IMG/VR virus record: IMGVR_UViG_3300006802_000105
Span: 1-59,753 of that record
Direction: 5' to 3' (one strand)
DNA length: 59,753 nt
DNA from: a virus
Lineage: Duplodnaviria > Caudoviricetes
Below are positions 18,826-29,700 of the stretch, in pieces. Position 1 is the stretch's first letter. Every line of letters begins with the position of its first letter. The notes under the pieces are model-generated. The model did not search any database. It saw nothing but the letters and a program-made list of their open reading frames with translations, and was not told the origin of the DNA. The position numbers were made by a program, and so were the translations under genes.

Positions 18826-20898
18826 ATGCCGTATACATCTCTACTGGGGCTTTCCCTTCCGACTACAGGCAGTCTGTCTGGTACATGGGGCGATGAGGTC
18901 AACAACGCTATTACGTCGCTGCTAGACTCGGCAGTTGCCGGAACCACCACGCTATCGACTGATGCAGATGTAACGCTGACCTCCACTGACGGGTCTGCAA
19001 ACCAAGCACGCTCGGCAGTTATCCTGTGGACAGCAGGCGGCTCGGTAACCCGCAACGTCACGGCACCGGCCCGAAGCAAAGCCTACGTTGTCATCAACGC
19101 CACCTCCGGGTCGCAGTCCATCGTTATTCGGGGGTCGGGGCCGACAACCGGGGTCACGGTTGTGGCGGCGGAAAAAGCAATTGTTGCGTGGAACGGGTCG
19201 GACTTTGTAAAGATTAGCAGTAGCGCAGTATCTGGTAGCGCACTAAGCGCAGTCACCGCAGCTACCACCTCGGCTACGATTGCCAATGGCAACAACCCGA
19301 TTGCGTGGAACTGGACTCAGACCACCGCGTCTCAAACCGGCTTTGCAATTGGCGAGACGACGGCGAGTACCGGCGGCGCGGGCAGTCAGGTGCTGCACAA
19401 AATTGGAACGCTGGCGGCATCGACTGCCGACCCGTTGCAGGTTCAAACGCGAGGTGTAGACACGATTCGCATTTCACGAACCGGCACGGTAACAATTACG
19501 GGCCTTAATGGGGCTACTGGTGGAGGCGCGGCAGGAAGTGACGTAACAATTACTGCTGGGCAAGGCGCGGCTACATCGAATGGCGGCACCGCCTATATTA
19601 CCGGCGGGGCCGGGGGGGCTACTTCAGGCTCTGGGGGGGCTGCAGGTGTTTATGGTGGGAACGCAACAGCAGGGACATTTAGTGGTGGGTCTGCGAGTGT
19701 AGTAGCGGGGGCTGGTTCAGGCGGGTCTTCGGGCGGTAATGTGGATATTACTGGGGGTATAGGCGGTGCCACGGGCCAAGGGGGACTAGTAAATATTACG
19801 TCCGGTGCCGCTGGAAATAGTGGCGCTGGTGGGCCTAGTGGGGCTATAACCATAACCAGTAACGCGCTAGGTACAGCCTCTGGAAATGTAAATGTTTCTG
19901 TAGCTACGCCGTCTAGTGCAACTGGACTTGCCGGAATTTTGACGCTGCAAGGTGGCTCATCAAAGACCACCCAAAGTGGCAATTCAGGCGGCGTAGTCAT
20001 TAATGGCGGAAACGCTGGTGCAGTTGCCTCCATTGCAGGCGGTCCTGTGGTAATTGCTGCTGGGGCAGGCTCGACAACGACTACTGGTGGTGTGGGGGGC
20101 GCGTTGACTCTCACTGCTGGTACAGGTGGCCTTGCTGTTGCCGGAGGCGCTGTATCTATTACTGGGGGCACAGGCGGAGCATCTGGCGGCTCTGGTGCCC
20201 AAGGCGGAGCAGTATCCTTAACCGGAGGTACAGGAGGTGGGTCTTCTGGTCCGGGTGGGGATGTAACAATTGCTGGCGGCTCTGGTGGCGCTACAGCTTC
20301 CCAAGGTGGTACCGTAACAATTTCTGGCGCTAATGGGAAAGGTGCAAACCTTTCTGGCTACGTGACAATTAACGCGGGAAGTTCAACTGGAACTGGTTTA
20401 GCCGGAATATTAGCATTAAATGGCGGGACATCAAGAGCCGCCCAATCTGGTAATTCCGGTGGCATCGTCTTAACCGGCGGCGCTGCCGGTCCGATTGCTT
20501 CCGTTGCCGGTGGTCCTATTGTTCTCACCGCTGGCACAGGCTCCACAACCACAACGGGTGGCGTAGGTGGAGCCGTAACCATCACTGCGGGTGCTGGGGG
20601 TCTTGCAGCTACGGGGGGCGCAGCGACATTAGCCGCAGGCAATGGAGGCGCAACTGGTGCAGGCGGAGCGGTAGCCATCACAGCGGGCAACGGTAACAGT
20701 GCAGCAGGCGGCGACATCACCCTGACAACCGGCACGGGTTCTACCAACGGCGCAGTAAACTTCGTGAACACGAACGTGGCAAATGGCACCGTGGCAACTA
20801 CACTCACCTCGCTTGGGCCAACGGGTGCAAGCACAACCGTCGTCGGCTGGCTGAAGATCAAAGTCGGCGGCACCACTCAATACATTCCCTACTGGTAA
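18826..20898 (+). CDS. Gly-rich tail fibre
   Basis: N-terminal 'LGLSLPTTG..SGTWGD.VN' fibre anchor; many GGxVxITxG repeats; C-terminal 'WLKIKVGGTTQYIPYW'. Confidence 0.8.
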   Translation: MPYTSLLGLSLPTTGSLSGTWGDEVNNAITSLLDSAVAGTTTLSTDADVTLTSTDGSANQARSAVILWTAGGSVTRNVTAPARSKAYVVINATSGSQSIVIRGSGPTTGVTVVAAEKAIVAWNGSDFVKISSSAVSGSALSAVTAATTSATIANGNNPIAWNWTQTTASQTGFAIGETTASTGGAGSQVLHKIGTLAASTADPLQVQTRGVDTIRISRTGTVTITGLNGATGGGAAGSDVTITAGQGAATSNGGTAYITGGAGGATSGSGGAAGVYGGNATAGTFSGGSASVVAGAGSGGSSGGNVDITGGIGGATGQGGLVNITSGAAGNSGAGGPSGAITITSNALGTASGNVNVSVATPSSATGLAGILTLQGGSSKTTQSGNSGGVVINGGNAGAVASIAGGPVVIAAGAGSTTTTGGVGGALTLTAGTGGLAVAGGAVSITGGTGGASGGSGAQGGAVSLTGGTGGGSSGPGGDVTIAGGSGGATASQGGTVTISGANGKGANLSGYVTINAGSSTGTGLAGILALNGGTSRAAQSGNSGGIVLTGGAAGPIASVAGGPIVLTAGTGSTTTTGGVGGAVTITAGAGGLAATGGAATLAAGNGGATGAGGAVAITAGNGNSAAGGDITLTTGTGSTNGAVNFVNTNVANGTVATTLTSLGPTGASTTVVGWLKIKVGGTTQYIPYW

Positions 20899-20902
20899 AA
20901 AC

Positions 20903-21094
20903 ATGACTGATGAACTCGAACTGAACGCGCGTTTTGAACTGCTGATTGCCCAGCGCAACAACGCCCTGAACCAAAACGTACTGGACGCCGGGACGATTGC
21001 GTCCCTGCAAGCAAAGATTAAGGCGCTTGAGGCGATGGCCCCAGCACCAACCCCCGAAGACAAAGCTAACGCAAAGGAGCAGATTGATGGCTAA
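20903..21094 (+). CDS. Small coiled-coil protein (possible fibre chaperone)
   Basis: 63 aa directly after the fibre gene. Confidence 0.6.
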   Translation: MTDELELNARFELLIAQRNNALNQNVLDAGTIASLQAKIKALEAMAPAPTPEDKANAKEQIDG

Positions 21095-21401
21095 CTATCA
21101 AGAGACTCAAGTCACCGGCACCAAGTGGCAGCGATGCAATCAGGTGCTTATCAACAACCCGTACAACACGACCCCCGCCGTTGCGTTCAAAGAAGAGACG
21201 GTTGTTGTTCTGGACAGCGGCGTTTTCATTCAGTCGCAATCGGGACTGGCCTGCGACTTCGATCCGCAGGGGGTTATCAACCTGCGCGACCCGGCCACTG
21301 GTGCGCTAACCGGCCAAACGATGTCGCAGCAAGACGTTTATGTCGCTCTGTACAGTATGTACCTCCAGCTTGCAGAGCAGCGTGATCAAGCCGCGCCGTG
21401 A
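21087..21401 (+). CDS. Putative fibre-associated protein
   Basis: AAGGAG RBS before ATG 21087 (MANYQETQ...); paralog of 17381-17707. Confidence 0.7.
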   Translation: MANYQETQVTGTKWQRCNQVLINNPYNTTPAVAFKEETVVVLDSGVFIQSQSGLACDFDPQGVINLRDPATGALTGQTMSQQDVYVALYSMYLQLAEQRDQAAP

Positions 21402-21661
21402 ACTGGTCTGACGCACTCAAAGCCGTAATCCCTATAGTGGTAGCCAGCCTAGCGTGGCTACTCGGCGAAGTGTCGTCCTTCAATACCCGCCTGACCAAGA
21501 TTGAGGGCAACATGCCCGCCCTGATTACCGCCACCGGGGTGCCGACTGACAGCCCCATCTCGGCAGAAAAGCGCCACGCACTGAAGGAAGAGATTTACAG
21601 GGACCTCCACGACTTGCAGGTTCGCCTCAAGCTGATGGAAGAAAGAGCGAAGGTGAAATGA
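21398..21661 (+). CDS. Single-TM coiled-coil protein (lysis cassette)
   Basis: N-terminal TM segment AVIPIVVASLAWLLG. Confidence 0.65.
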   Translation: MNWSDALKAVIPIVVASLAWLLGEVSSFNTRLTKIEGNMPALITATGVPTDSPISAEKRHALKEEIYRDLHDLQVRLKLMEERAKVK

Positions 21662-22128
21662 TGTTTGCTGCACTGTTGTCGTTTCTGGGCGGGTCTGTAT
21701 TCCGGATGATCTGGGGCGAAGCCTCGGCATTCATCAACAAGAAGCAGGACCACAAGCATGAAGTCGAGATGCTGCAACTCCAGTCCGAGCTTGACGACAA
21801 GGCCCACCAGCGTGCGCTGGAAGCGCAGCGTGTGCAGGCTGAACTGGGCATCAAAACCATCGAAGCACAGGCCATAGCGGCAGTAGATAAGTCAGAGGCA
21901 GACGCATTTGGTATGGCAGTCGCGCAGGCGTTCAAGCCTACTGGGTACTCTGTCGTAGATATTTGGAACGGCGTCATTCGCCCCTGCGCTGCAACAATCG
22001 CGCTCACCCTCTGGGTAATGAAGCTGTATGCCAACAAGTTTGTGATGGACGACTGGGACCGCGAACTTGGCGGCGCAGTGCTTGGCTTTTTCTTTGCTGA
22101 CAGGTCATTAGGGAAGCGCGGAAAATAG
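21658..22128 (+). CDS. Putative holin-like membrane protein
   Basis: Hydrophobic N-terminus, 'NGVIRP' plus TM, C-terminal 'GFFFADRSLGK'; upstream of the lysozyme. Confidence 0.6.
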   Translation: MMFAALLSFLGGSVFRMIWGEASAFINKKQDHKHEVEMLQLQSELDDKAHQRALEAQRVQAELGIKTIEAQAIAAVDKSEADAFGMAVAQAFKPTGYSVVDIWNGVIRPCAATIALTLWVMKLYANKFVMDDWDRELGGAVLGFFFADRSLGKRGK

Positions 22129-22695
22129 TCAGGCCGCATCCTCCGGTAGGTCTTTCCACCGAACATTGTCTTTTATAAGGTCTATCGTGCTAGATGAAAC
22201 ACCGGCCACAACGGATAATGCATTTGCGCTTACGCCTTGGCGAAGAAGCCTTCTAATGTAGACAACTTGTTTGCTTGTAAGTTTATGATTGGGTTGCATT
22301 TCTCCGCGAAGGCTTACCAATCCTGTACGCCACTGATGCTTTGTGTTGTCCGCAAGGCTAATCCACTCCAAGTTTTCAATGCGGTTGTCAGTTTTTACGC
22401 CGTTTATATGGTTTATGGTAAGGTCTTCGGCGTATCCCGGAACGAACGCCATGCCGATAAGACGATGCACAAGATGCTTAATGCGCTTACCGTTTTTTGC
22501 CGCAGAAACTTCCAGATAGCCAGTTCTGGTTTTTGTTTGTGCCAACGGCTTTTCTTGAAAAGAGGCTGTAAACGTCTGGTTTTTTCCGTTTCGCGTTCGC
22601 GTGTACGTACTTGTGTGCGCTGGAGTTCTAATTTCACCAGTGGCACAAACAATCCAGTCAATTCCTTTAGAGTGAATAGTGGTAGGGGCGCTCAT
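22129..22695 (-). mobile_element. Free-standing HNH homing endonuclease, antisense within the lysis cassette
   Basis: GYLEV...VHRLIGMAF...INHINGVKTDNRIENLEW...N plus a C-terminal HTH; GGAGGA RBS before ATG 22695; lower GC. Confidence 0.88.
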
Positions 22696-22727
22696 AACTG
22701 TCCTCCAAGTACAGTTGGGATTATAGC

Positions 22728-23189
22728 ATGGCAACAGTAAGAGATGACGCGTTACTAATTGCGGCTGCACTATGTCGTAGATTTGAGGGCCTTTACCTTC
22801 GTCCTTACTTGTGCCCCGCCGGAATTCCCACAATTTCTTATGGGACCACAGCCTACGAGAACGGCGTCAAGGTAACGCTGGCAGACCCCCCGGTGACCAA
22901 AGAGCGTGCAGAGCAGTTGCTTATGCACGAACTCATGGACATCTACCCCAAGGTACTCAGGCTCTGCCCCGGTCTGTCGGAACTCGGCCCCGGCCCTACG
23001 GCGGCTATTCTGGACTTCACATACAACCTCGGTACTGGTAGACTTCAGTCCTCAACACTCCGTAAGAAGATCAACTCCGGAGAACTTGAAGCGGCGCGAG
23101 AAGAACTTGGGAAGTGGGTGCGCGGTGGGGGCAAGGTTCTCCCCGGACTGGTCAAACGCCGCGACGCCGAAGCCCTATTGTTGAGGTAG
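22728..23189 (+). CDS. Endolysin, GH24 phage lysozyme
   Basis: FEG...PYLCPAGIPTI.YG.T, 'DFTYNLG...SSTLRKKIN', 'LPGLVKRR.AE'. Confidence 0.93.
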   Translation: MATVRDDALLIAAALCRRFEGLYLRPYLCPAGIPTISYGTTAYENGVKVTLADPPVTKERAEQLLMHELMDIYPKVLRLCPGLSELGPGPTAAILDFTYNLGTGRLQSSTLRKKINSGELEAAREELGKWVRGGGKVLPGLVKRRDAEALLLR

Positions 23190-23191
23190 CC

Positions 23192-25333
23192 ATGCCCTTA
23201 CAGAAGATCACACTCAGGCCGGGTGTAAACCGAGAGAACACGCGCCTGACTAACGAGAATGGTTACTACGAGTCGGAGAAGATTCGTTTTCGGCAGGGCA
23301 CGCCAGAGAAGATCGGCGGCTGGCAGCGTATCTCCAACAATACCTATATCGGTACGTGCCGCTCACTGTGGAACTGGACCACGCTGGCTGGCGCAAACCT
23401 CATGGGTGTCGGTACAGAGAGCAAGTTCTACATCGAACAGAGCGGTTCGTACTACGACATTACCCCGCTGCGGGCAACTGTTTTGCTGGGCACAAACCCG
23501 TTTACGACGGTACTGAACTCACCTACGGTCACCGTGACAGACGCCGCCGGGGGGTTCTCCGTTGGAGACTACGTTACGTTTTACGGGGCCACGGCTGTCG
23601 GCGGGCTGACGCTGAACGGCGAGTATAAGATTCAGACCGCGCCTACTAGCTCCACGTACACCATCACTGCGTCGGGCAACGCTTCGGCCAACGCGTCGGG
23701 TGGGGGTACTGCCGTCTACGCTGCCTACCAGCTTCATATTGGAGACGGCTTGAATACCCCGGCGGCAGCTTGGGGTGCGGGGGCATGGAATTCTGGTAAC
23801 TGGGGCGGTGCGGGTCTGTCGGCGGCGTCTACGCTGCGTATCTGGTCGCAGTACAACTTTGGCGAGAACCTGATCTTCGGGCCGAAACAGGGAGCCATGT
23901 ATTACTGGGCGGCGGGGTACGTTCCTAATCTCGCGTCCCCAACAACCTGCACGATATCCAACGCAACGCCGGGGCTTGTGACCTTGACGACCAACACAGG
24001 CTACCCGATTCCGGCCAATACGCCAATCATGTTCAATACGACGGGGGCGCTTCCCGCGCCGCTGATTCCGCAGACGATTTACTACACCAAGTACGTAACG
24101 GCAACCACGTTCAACCTAGCCACAACTTCGGGCGGGGCGGCTATCAATACGACGACCGTGGGTTCTGGTACGCACACCATCTCCATCCGGGCCGTGCCGG
24201 TATCGTCGCTCACAGGAGCCAACTCCGTCCCGCTCACTCAGAACACGCTGATTGTGTCGGACACTAGCCGCTTTACGCTCATCTTTGGAACCAACGACTA
24301 CCTCAGTACCGTGTACGACCCTATGCTGGTGCGGTGGTCTGATCAGGAGAGCGTGACCGAGTGGGTGCCCGCTGCAACTAACCAAGCGGGCAGTATCCGC
24401 CTTTCGCATGGTTCGCTGATCACCAGCGTCTTGCAGGCTCGACAGGAAATCTTGGTCTGGACGGACGCGGCGGTGTATTCGTTGCAGTACCTCGGACCTC
24501 CGGGCGTGTGGAAGACGCAGCTTCTGTCCGACAACATCTCGGTAGCGAGTCTTAACGCCACTGCGTACGCCAGCGGCGTGTCCTACTGGATGGGTACGGA
24601 CAAATTCTATAAGTACGACGGTACGGTTCAGACGCTTCGCTGCGACCTTCGGCAGTACGTCTACGGAGACATAAACAAGGCGCAGGCGTCGCAGATCTTT
24701 GCGGGGACTAACGAGGGGTTTAACGAAGTCTGGTGGTTCTATTGCTCCTCTACCAGCAACACCATAGACAAGTATGTCGTCTATAACTACGCAGAAGATT
24801 TGTGGTACTTTGGTTCGATGGCGCGTACTGCATGGCTAGATACGTCGCTTAGGGATTACCCTGTAGCGGCCACCTACAGTCAGGTCTTGGTGAACCATGA
24901 GTACGGCGTTGATGACGGGGAACCGGCTGTTCCTATTGCCATTGACTCTTACATCACGACTTCGCAGTTCGACATTGGCGACGGGCACAACTTTGCGTTT
25001 GTCTACCGGCTGCTGCCTGACTTGACGTTCAGGGGGTCTACGGTGGATGCGCCATCCGTGACGATGTCTTTGCAGCCGTTGAAGAACTCCGGTTCGGGGT
25101 ACACCACCCCGCCATCTGTGGGCGGCATAAGCACTAGCGCGGATGCAACCGTTTCGCAGACTGCGGGGACTACCCCGCCGGTCACCTCTGTGCAAGTTGA
25201 CCAGTACACCGGGCAGATCTACATCCGCATCCGCGCACGGCAGATGTCCATGAAGTTGCAGGCTAACGGGCTTGGAGTGCAGTGGCAGATGGGTTCCACG
25301 CGCATCGACCTCCGAAACGACGGCAGACGCTGA
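23192..25333 (+). CDS. Tail nozzle / DNA stabilisation protein (P22 gp10-like)
   Basis: GAGG RBS before ATG 23192; beta-propeller-like 'VRWSDQE...NQAG', 'FNEVWWFY'. Confidence 0.65.
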   Translation: MPLQKITLRPGVNRENTRLTNENGYYESEKIRFRQGTPEKIGGWQRISNNTYIGTCRSLWNWTTLAGANLMGVGTESKFYIEQSGSYYDITPLRATVLLGTNPFTTVLNSPTVTVTDAAGGFSVGDYVTFYGATAVGGLTLNGEYKIQTAPTSSTYTITASGNASANASGGGTAVYAAYQLHIGDGLNTPAAAWGAGAWNSGNWGGAGLSAASTLRIWSQYNFGENLIFGPKQGAMYYWAAGYVPNLASPTTCTISNATPGLVTLTTNTGYPIPANTPIMFNTTGALPAPLIPQTIYYTKYVTATTFNLATTSGGAAINTTTVGSGTHTISIRAVPVSSLTGANSVPLTQNTLIVSDTSRFTLIFGTNDYLSTVYDPMLVRWSDQESVTEWVPAATNQAGSIRLSHGSLITSVLQARQEILVWTDAAVYSLQYLGPPGVWKTQLLSDNISVASLNATAYASGVSYWMGTDKFYKYDGTVQTLRCDLRQYVYGDINKAQASQIFAGTNEGFNEVWWFYCSSTSNTIDKYVVYNYAEDLWYFGSMARTAWLDTSLRDYPVAATYSQVLVNHEYGVDDGEPAVPIAIDSYITTSQFDIGDGHNFAFVYRLLPDLTFRGSTVDAPSVTMSLQPLKNSGSGYTTPPSVGGISTSADATVSQTAGTTPPVTSVQVDQYTGQIYIRIRARQMSMKLQANGLGVQWQMGSTRIDLRNDGRR

Positions 25334-25336
25334 CCT

Positions 25337-26713
25337 ATGGCCCTGATCGTCACCTCCGACTACGAGCTACAGCACACGGTAGCCCCACGCCTGCCCAAAG
25401 CACCGCCGCAGTACCAAGCGCAATACCAAGACCAACTGACTAATGTCCTGCGGCTGTACTTCAACCAACTCGACCAAATCATAGGGCAGCTTATGACCGG
25501 CACCACTTCGACTGTTCCGGTAAGCATCGACGGAACCAATACCGACGCCTTTGGGCGGTTGCGGGTCAGCAGCCCGTATACCCTCTTCGATAGCCAGAAC
25601 CGCTTCGCTGCCGACAACCAGTTTGATACGGCACTGACGGGCACGGGTTCATCTACGTGGCAAGTCAACAAGTCTGCGGTGGACATGGCGGTTACTGCTG
25701 GTGGAGTTGGCTCCGTTGTACGGCAGACGTACAGGGTTTTCCCTTACCAGCCCGGTAAAGGTTTGTTAGTGCTTGCTACGTTCGTAATGGACGGCAGCAC
25801 GGCCACGACGCTTACGCAGCGGGTAGGCTATTTTGGCACCCAGAACGGCGTGTTCTTCCAGAAGGTTGGCAGCACCAACTCTTTTGTCCTGCGCTCATAC
25901 ACATCTGGCTCTGTCGATGATTCCCGCACGGTTAACCAGTCTGCATGGAACGGCGACAAGCTGGACGGCACAGGGGATAGTGGGTATGTGCTGGACCCCT
26001 CCAAGTCGCAGATTCTGTGGATGGACTTCGAGTGGCTGGGCGTTGGGTCAGTTCGGTGCGGGTTCATCATCGACGGGCAGTACATCGTCTGCCACACGTT
26101 CAACAACGCCAACTCCATCACTGGCGTGTATATGACAACCGCAATCCTGCCCGTGCGGTACGAGATAACCTCAACCGTCGCCGTTGCGGCTACGCTGACC
26201 CAGATATGCTGTTCTGTAGTCTCTGAGGGCGGGTACGAGCAGACATCAATCGCCCACGCAGCTAGGCGCACAGCCGTACTGACTACGATTGGAACTACCT
26301 TCCTTCCGCTGGTGTCTATCCGTATCGCGTCCACTGCACTGGGTGCTGTGGTGCTGCCAAGCACGATTTCTGTAATACCAACCACCAGCCAAAACTACGA
26401 GATTGCTTTGGTGAAGAACCCCACCCTGACGGGCGCGTCTTGGGCTTCGGTTCCAACGGACAGCAATGTGCAGTACGATGTGGCTGCTACCGCAGTTACC
26501 GGCGGCTCCATTGTGCAGACGCAGTACGTTACTTCCAGCGGCAGCGGCGGAACCGGCACGGTGAGCGTACCTACTGGGTACAACTGGGACTTGCAGCTTG
26601 GCGTTTCGTTGACCAGCGTTAGCGATATCTACACTATCCAGATCAGAACTGTTTCTGGAGCTACGACGGGTGACGCTTTTGGAACCCTGTCTTTCTACGA
26701 CTTGACGCAGTAG
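25337..26713 (+). CDS. Tail-associated structural protein
   Basis: N-terminal helical 'LRLYFNQLD' fused to a beta domain 'DAFGRLRVS...YQPGKG...WLGVG'. Confidence 0.7.
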   Translation: MALIVTSDYELQHTVAPRLPKAPPQYQAQYQDQLTNVLRLYFNQLDQIIGQLMTGTTSTVPVSIDGTNTDAFGRLRVSSPYTLFDSQNRFAADNQFDTALTGTGSSTWQVNKSAVDMAVTAGGVGSVVRQTYRVFPYQPGKGLLVLATFVMDGSTATTLTQRVGYFGTQNGVFFQKVGSTNSFVLRSYTSGSVDDSRTVNQSAWNGDKLDGTGDSGYVLDPSKSQILWMDFEWLGVGSVRCGFIIDGQYIVCHTFNNANSITGVYMTTAILPVRYEITSTVAVAATLTQICCSVVSEGGYEQTSIAHAARRTAVLTTIGTTFLPLVSIRIASTALGAVVLPSTISVIPTTSQNYEIALVKNPTLTGASWASVPTDSNVQYDVAATAVTGGSIVQTQYVTSSGSGGTGTVSVPTGYNWDLQLGVSLTSVSDIYTIQIRTVSGATTGDAFGTLSFYDLTQ

Positions 26714-26745
26714 CTGCACTAAAACACGAACAAAGGTAGAACGAC

Positions 26746-29700
26746 ATGGACGGCGGGTCAAAAACAAAGGGCGTGCAGCATTTCGAAGGTGGGGGCAGCG
26801 CTGAGAACTTTGATAACTCAACCGGCCTTCCACTGGGGTACTACTGGGTTGGTAGTGGTGAATCCGGTCACATGGAGCAGATTCCGCTGCCTGATTTCCC
26901 CGGTCAATATGACCCCGAAAAAGACCCAAATCTTTTGCCGGGTGGTTGGGCATATGGCGGCTATGGCCCAATTATTGCAAATATGCCAACTGGGGGAGGA
27001 GGTAGCCCGGACGCGGGGTACGAGCCGAGGTTTCAATCTGCTCCGATGGAGTTGACCGGGTACAGCAGGTATCTCGGCAACAATATGGTCGCGGTGTACG
27101 ACACCTCTGGTAAGTATCTGTACTCCTACGACCAAGGTGGCGACGGTTTAGGGGCACTTGGGTTCATACTTATAGTTGGCGCAGCAGTCCTTGGCGCACC
27201 ATATATCGCGGAGCTTATCGGCGGCTTTGGAGCACCTACTGTTGGAAGTGCCCTTACGGAAATGGGCGTTGCAGAGCTTGCAGGCTCAATGTCTGCTGAG
27301 GCGTTAGCTACAGCCGCTACAGAATTGACCGTAGCCTCGGCTTCGCCCACGGTGGCGGCTACGATTGAAGCAGCGCAACTTGCCGGACTGACCGGGGCGA
27401 CTACAGCGGCGGAAGCAGCGGGGCTGACTGGAGCTACAACGGCTGCGGAGACTGCGGCAGCTACAACGGCTGCGGAAACTGCGGCAGCTACAACGGCTGC
27501 GCCCGCAGCTACAACGGCGGCAACAACTGTCGCACCGGCGGCGGCAGCGGCCCCAGCGGCAACTCCGGGGTTCACGTTCTCCAACTTGGTTTCAAACCCC
27601 GGGCTGACCATTGGAAAAGCGCTCGGTATAACAAACCCCATTGCGGCGCAGTTCGTAGGAAATACCATTGTCAATACCGCCATGAACGGTGGCGACATCG
27701 AAGCGGCGGCAAAGGGTGCCATCATCAGCACCGGCATAGGCGTTGCCGCAGACAAACTCTCCCCCGCCCTCACTACGGCGCTCAAAGACGTAGACCTACC
27801 CCCTGCCGTCAAAGAAGCTGTAGTAAAAGGAACGACTAACGCGGCCAAGGCGGTAGCCACCGCAGTAGTTACCGGGCAAGACCCCGCCGCTGCGTTTATT
27901 AACTCGGTAGCTACATCCGCCTTCTCAGAAGTTTCTAAGCAGATGGGCGGCACGGGGCTTCCGCCCCAAGCGCAGAACGTGGCAATGGCCGCAGCGGTTG
28001 CGTCTTTGCGGGGCCAAGATATTACGCAAGCTACGCTTAACGCGGCGCTGAAAGAAGCAATCAAGACCACAGCAGACTACGCTGACAAAGCGCTCGGCTT
28101 GGGCGGGCTGACTCCAGAGCAAATCTCCGCCGCGTACCGCGATGCTAGTCGCCGTCTGGATGTTCCGCAGACAGCTATCCCTGCCCAGCAGGTAGACGCC
28201 GCAGTTACCACCATTATTGCGGAAAACGAGCTTCCACCCCTCCCCCCGCCACAAGAAACGGCGGCTGCGGAGCCTGCTATTGAGACCGTCCTGACAGACG
28301 CCGGATTGGTTCCGGGCCTGCCGCAAGGGATCGACACAGACTTTAAGCTGACTCCGGACTTGCCGCAAGAGACAGTCAATGCCATTTTAGGCCCCCAGAC
28401 CCCTGCCGAAGGGACGCAGTACGCCGCAGTAGATTCTGGGGTGGTATCCGATGCAGGCCCGCAAGGGGAGCCGACGATTGCACCTGAGCCTCCACCTGAG
28501 CCGGAATTAGTAGCCACTGACATAACGGGCGAACCGGCTACCAGCAATACGGTTTCTAATGCTGCGAACCAAAACCTGCTGGCTGATGCGGGCGACACTG
28601 ACGCGCAGGCTACCTTGATATCGGAGCCTACCACGGTCATTGCGGTCGATGCTGATACGGGTACTGCTCTGGTAACTACGCCAGATGGAAGTGTAAATAT
28701 CGTAGAAAACCCGGATAACGTATTCCAAGTTGGCGACACTATTCCTGTAGATGTAACCCCGCCAGTTAGCTCGGAGACGTTCTACAACGAATACGCATCT
28801 GGGGAGCCTCCACCTGCGGAACAGCCGTTGGAGATGAGCGACCTATTTGGGCCTCCCGAGCCTCCACCTGCGGAACAGCCGTTGGAGATGAGCGACCTAT
28901 TTGGGCCTCCCGAGCCCCCACCTGCGGAACAGCCGTCGGAGACGTTCTACGACCAATTTACGGGTATGGAGCCCCCACCTGTAGATGTAACCCCGCCAGT
29001 TAGCTCGGAGACGTTCTACGACCAATTTACGGGTATGGAGCCCCCACCTGCGGAACCCACACCTCCGGATTTGAGCGAACTTTACGGGCCGCAGCCCGTA
29101 TCTAACGCGGCAAACCAAAACTTGCTGTCAAACGAAGAGGCGCAGACCAGCTACATAACCGGCCCGACTACGGGTTCGGATGACTTCCCCAACGCTACGA
29201 CTACGGAGACTATCACCGATAGCCCGCAGAGCGACTACATAACCGGCTCACTTACAGGTACTGACACCGAGCCAAACGCTACGACTACGGAGACCATCAC
29301 CAGCCCGACTGCGGACCCGACGGACGCACAGACCACGTACATAACCGGCCCAACTACAGGCGCGGACACTTTCCCCAACGCCACGACTACGGAGACTATT
29401 ACCGACAGTCCGCAGACCACGTACATAACTGGCCCAACGACGGGGGCAGATACCAAGCCAAACGCCACGACTACGGAGACTATTACCGAAGGAGCGCAGG
29501 CTACGCCTATAACCGGCCCAACCACGGGCGCGGACACTTTCCCCAACGCCACGACCACGGAAACCATCACCAGCCCAACTGATGATCCGACGGGTGCGCA
29601 GACCACATACATAGGCGATTCCAACGCGGCGAACCAGAATACCATCACCAGCCCAACTGATGATCCGACGGGTGCGCAGAGTGACTACATAACCGGCCCA

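Noticed and set aside
17726-20898. Diversity-generating retroelement or invertible fibre system
   Set aside because: No reverse transcriptase or invertase seen; repeats are in-frame structural repeats without adenine-specific variation.
22696-22833. N-terminal extension of the HNH overlapping the lysozyme
   Set aside because: A strong GGAGGA RBS supports ATG 22695; the extension is the antisense of the lysozyme gene.
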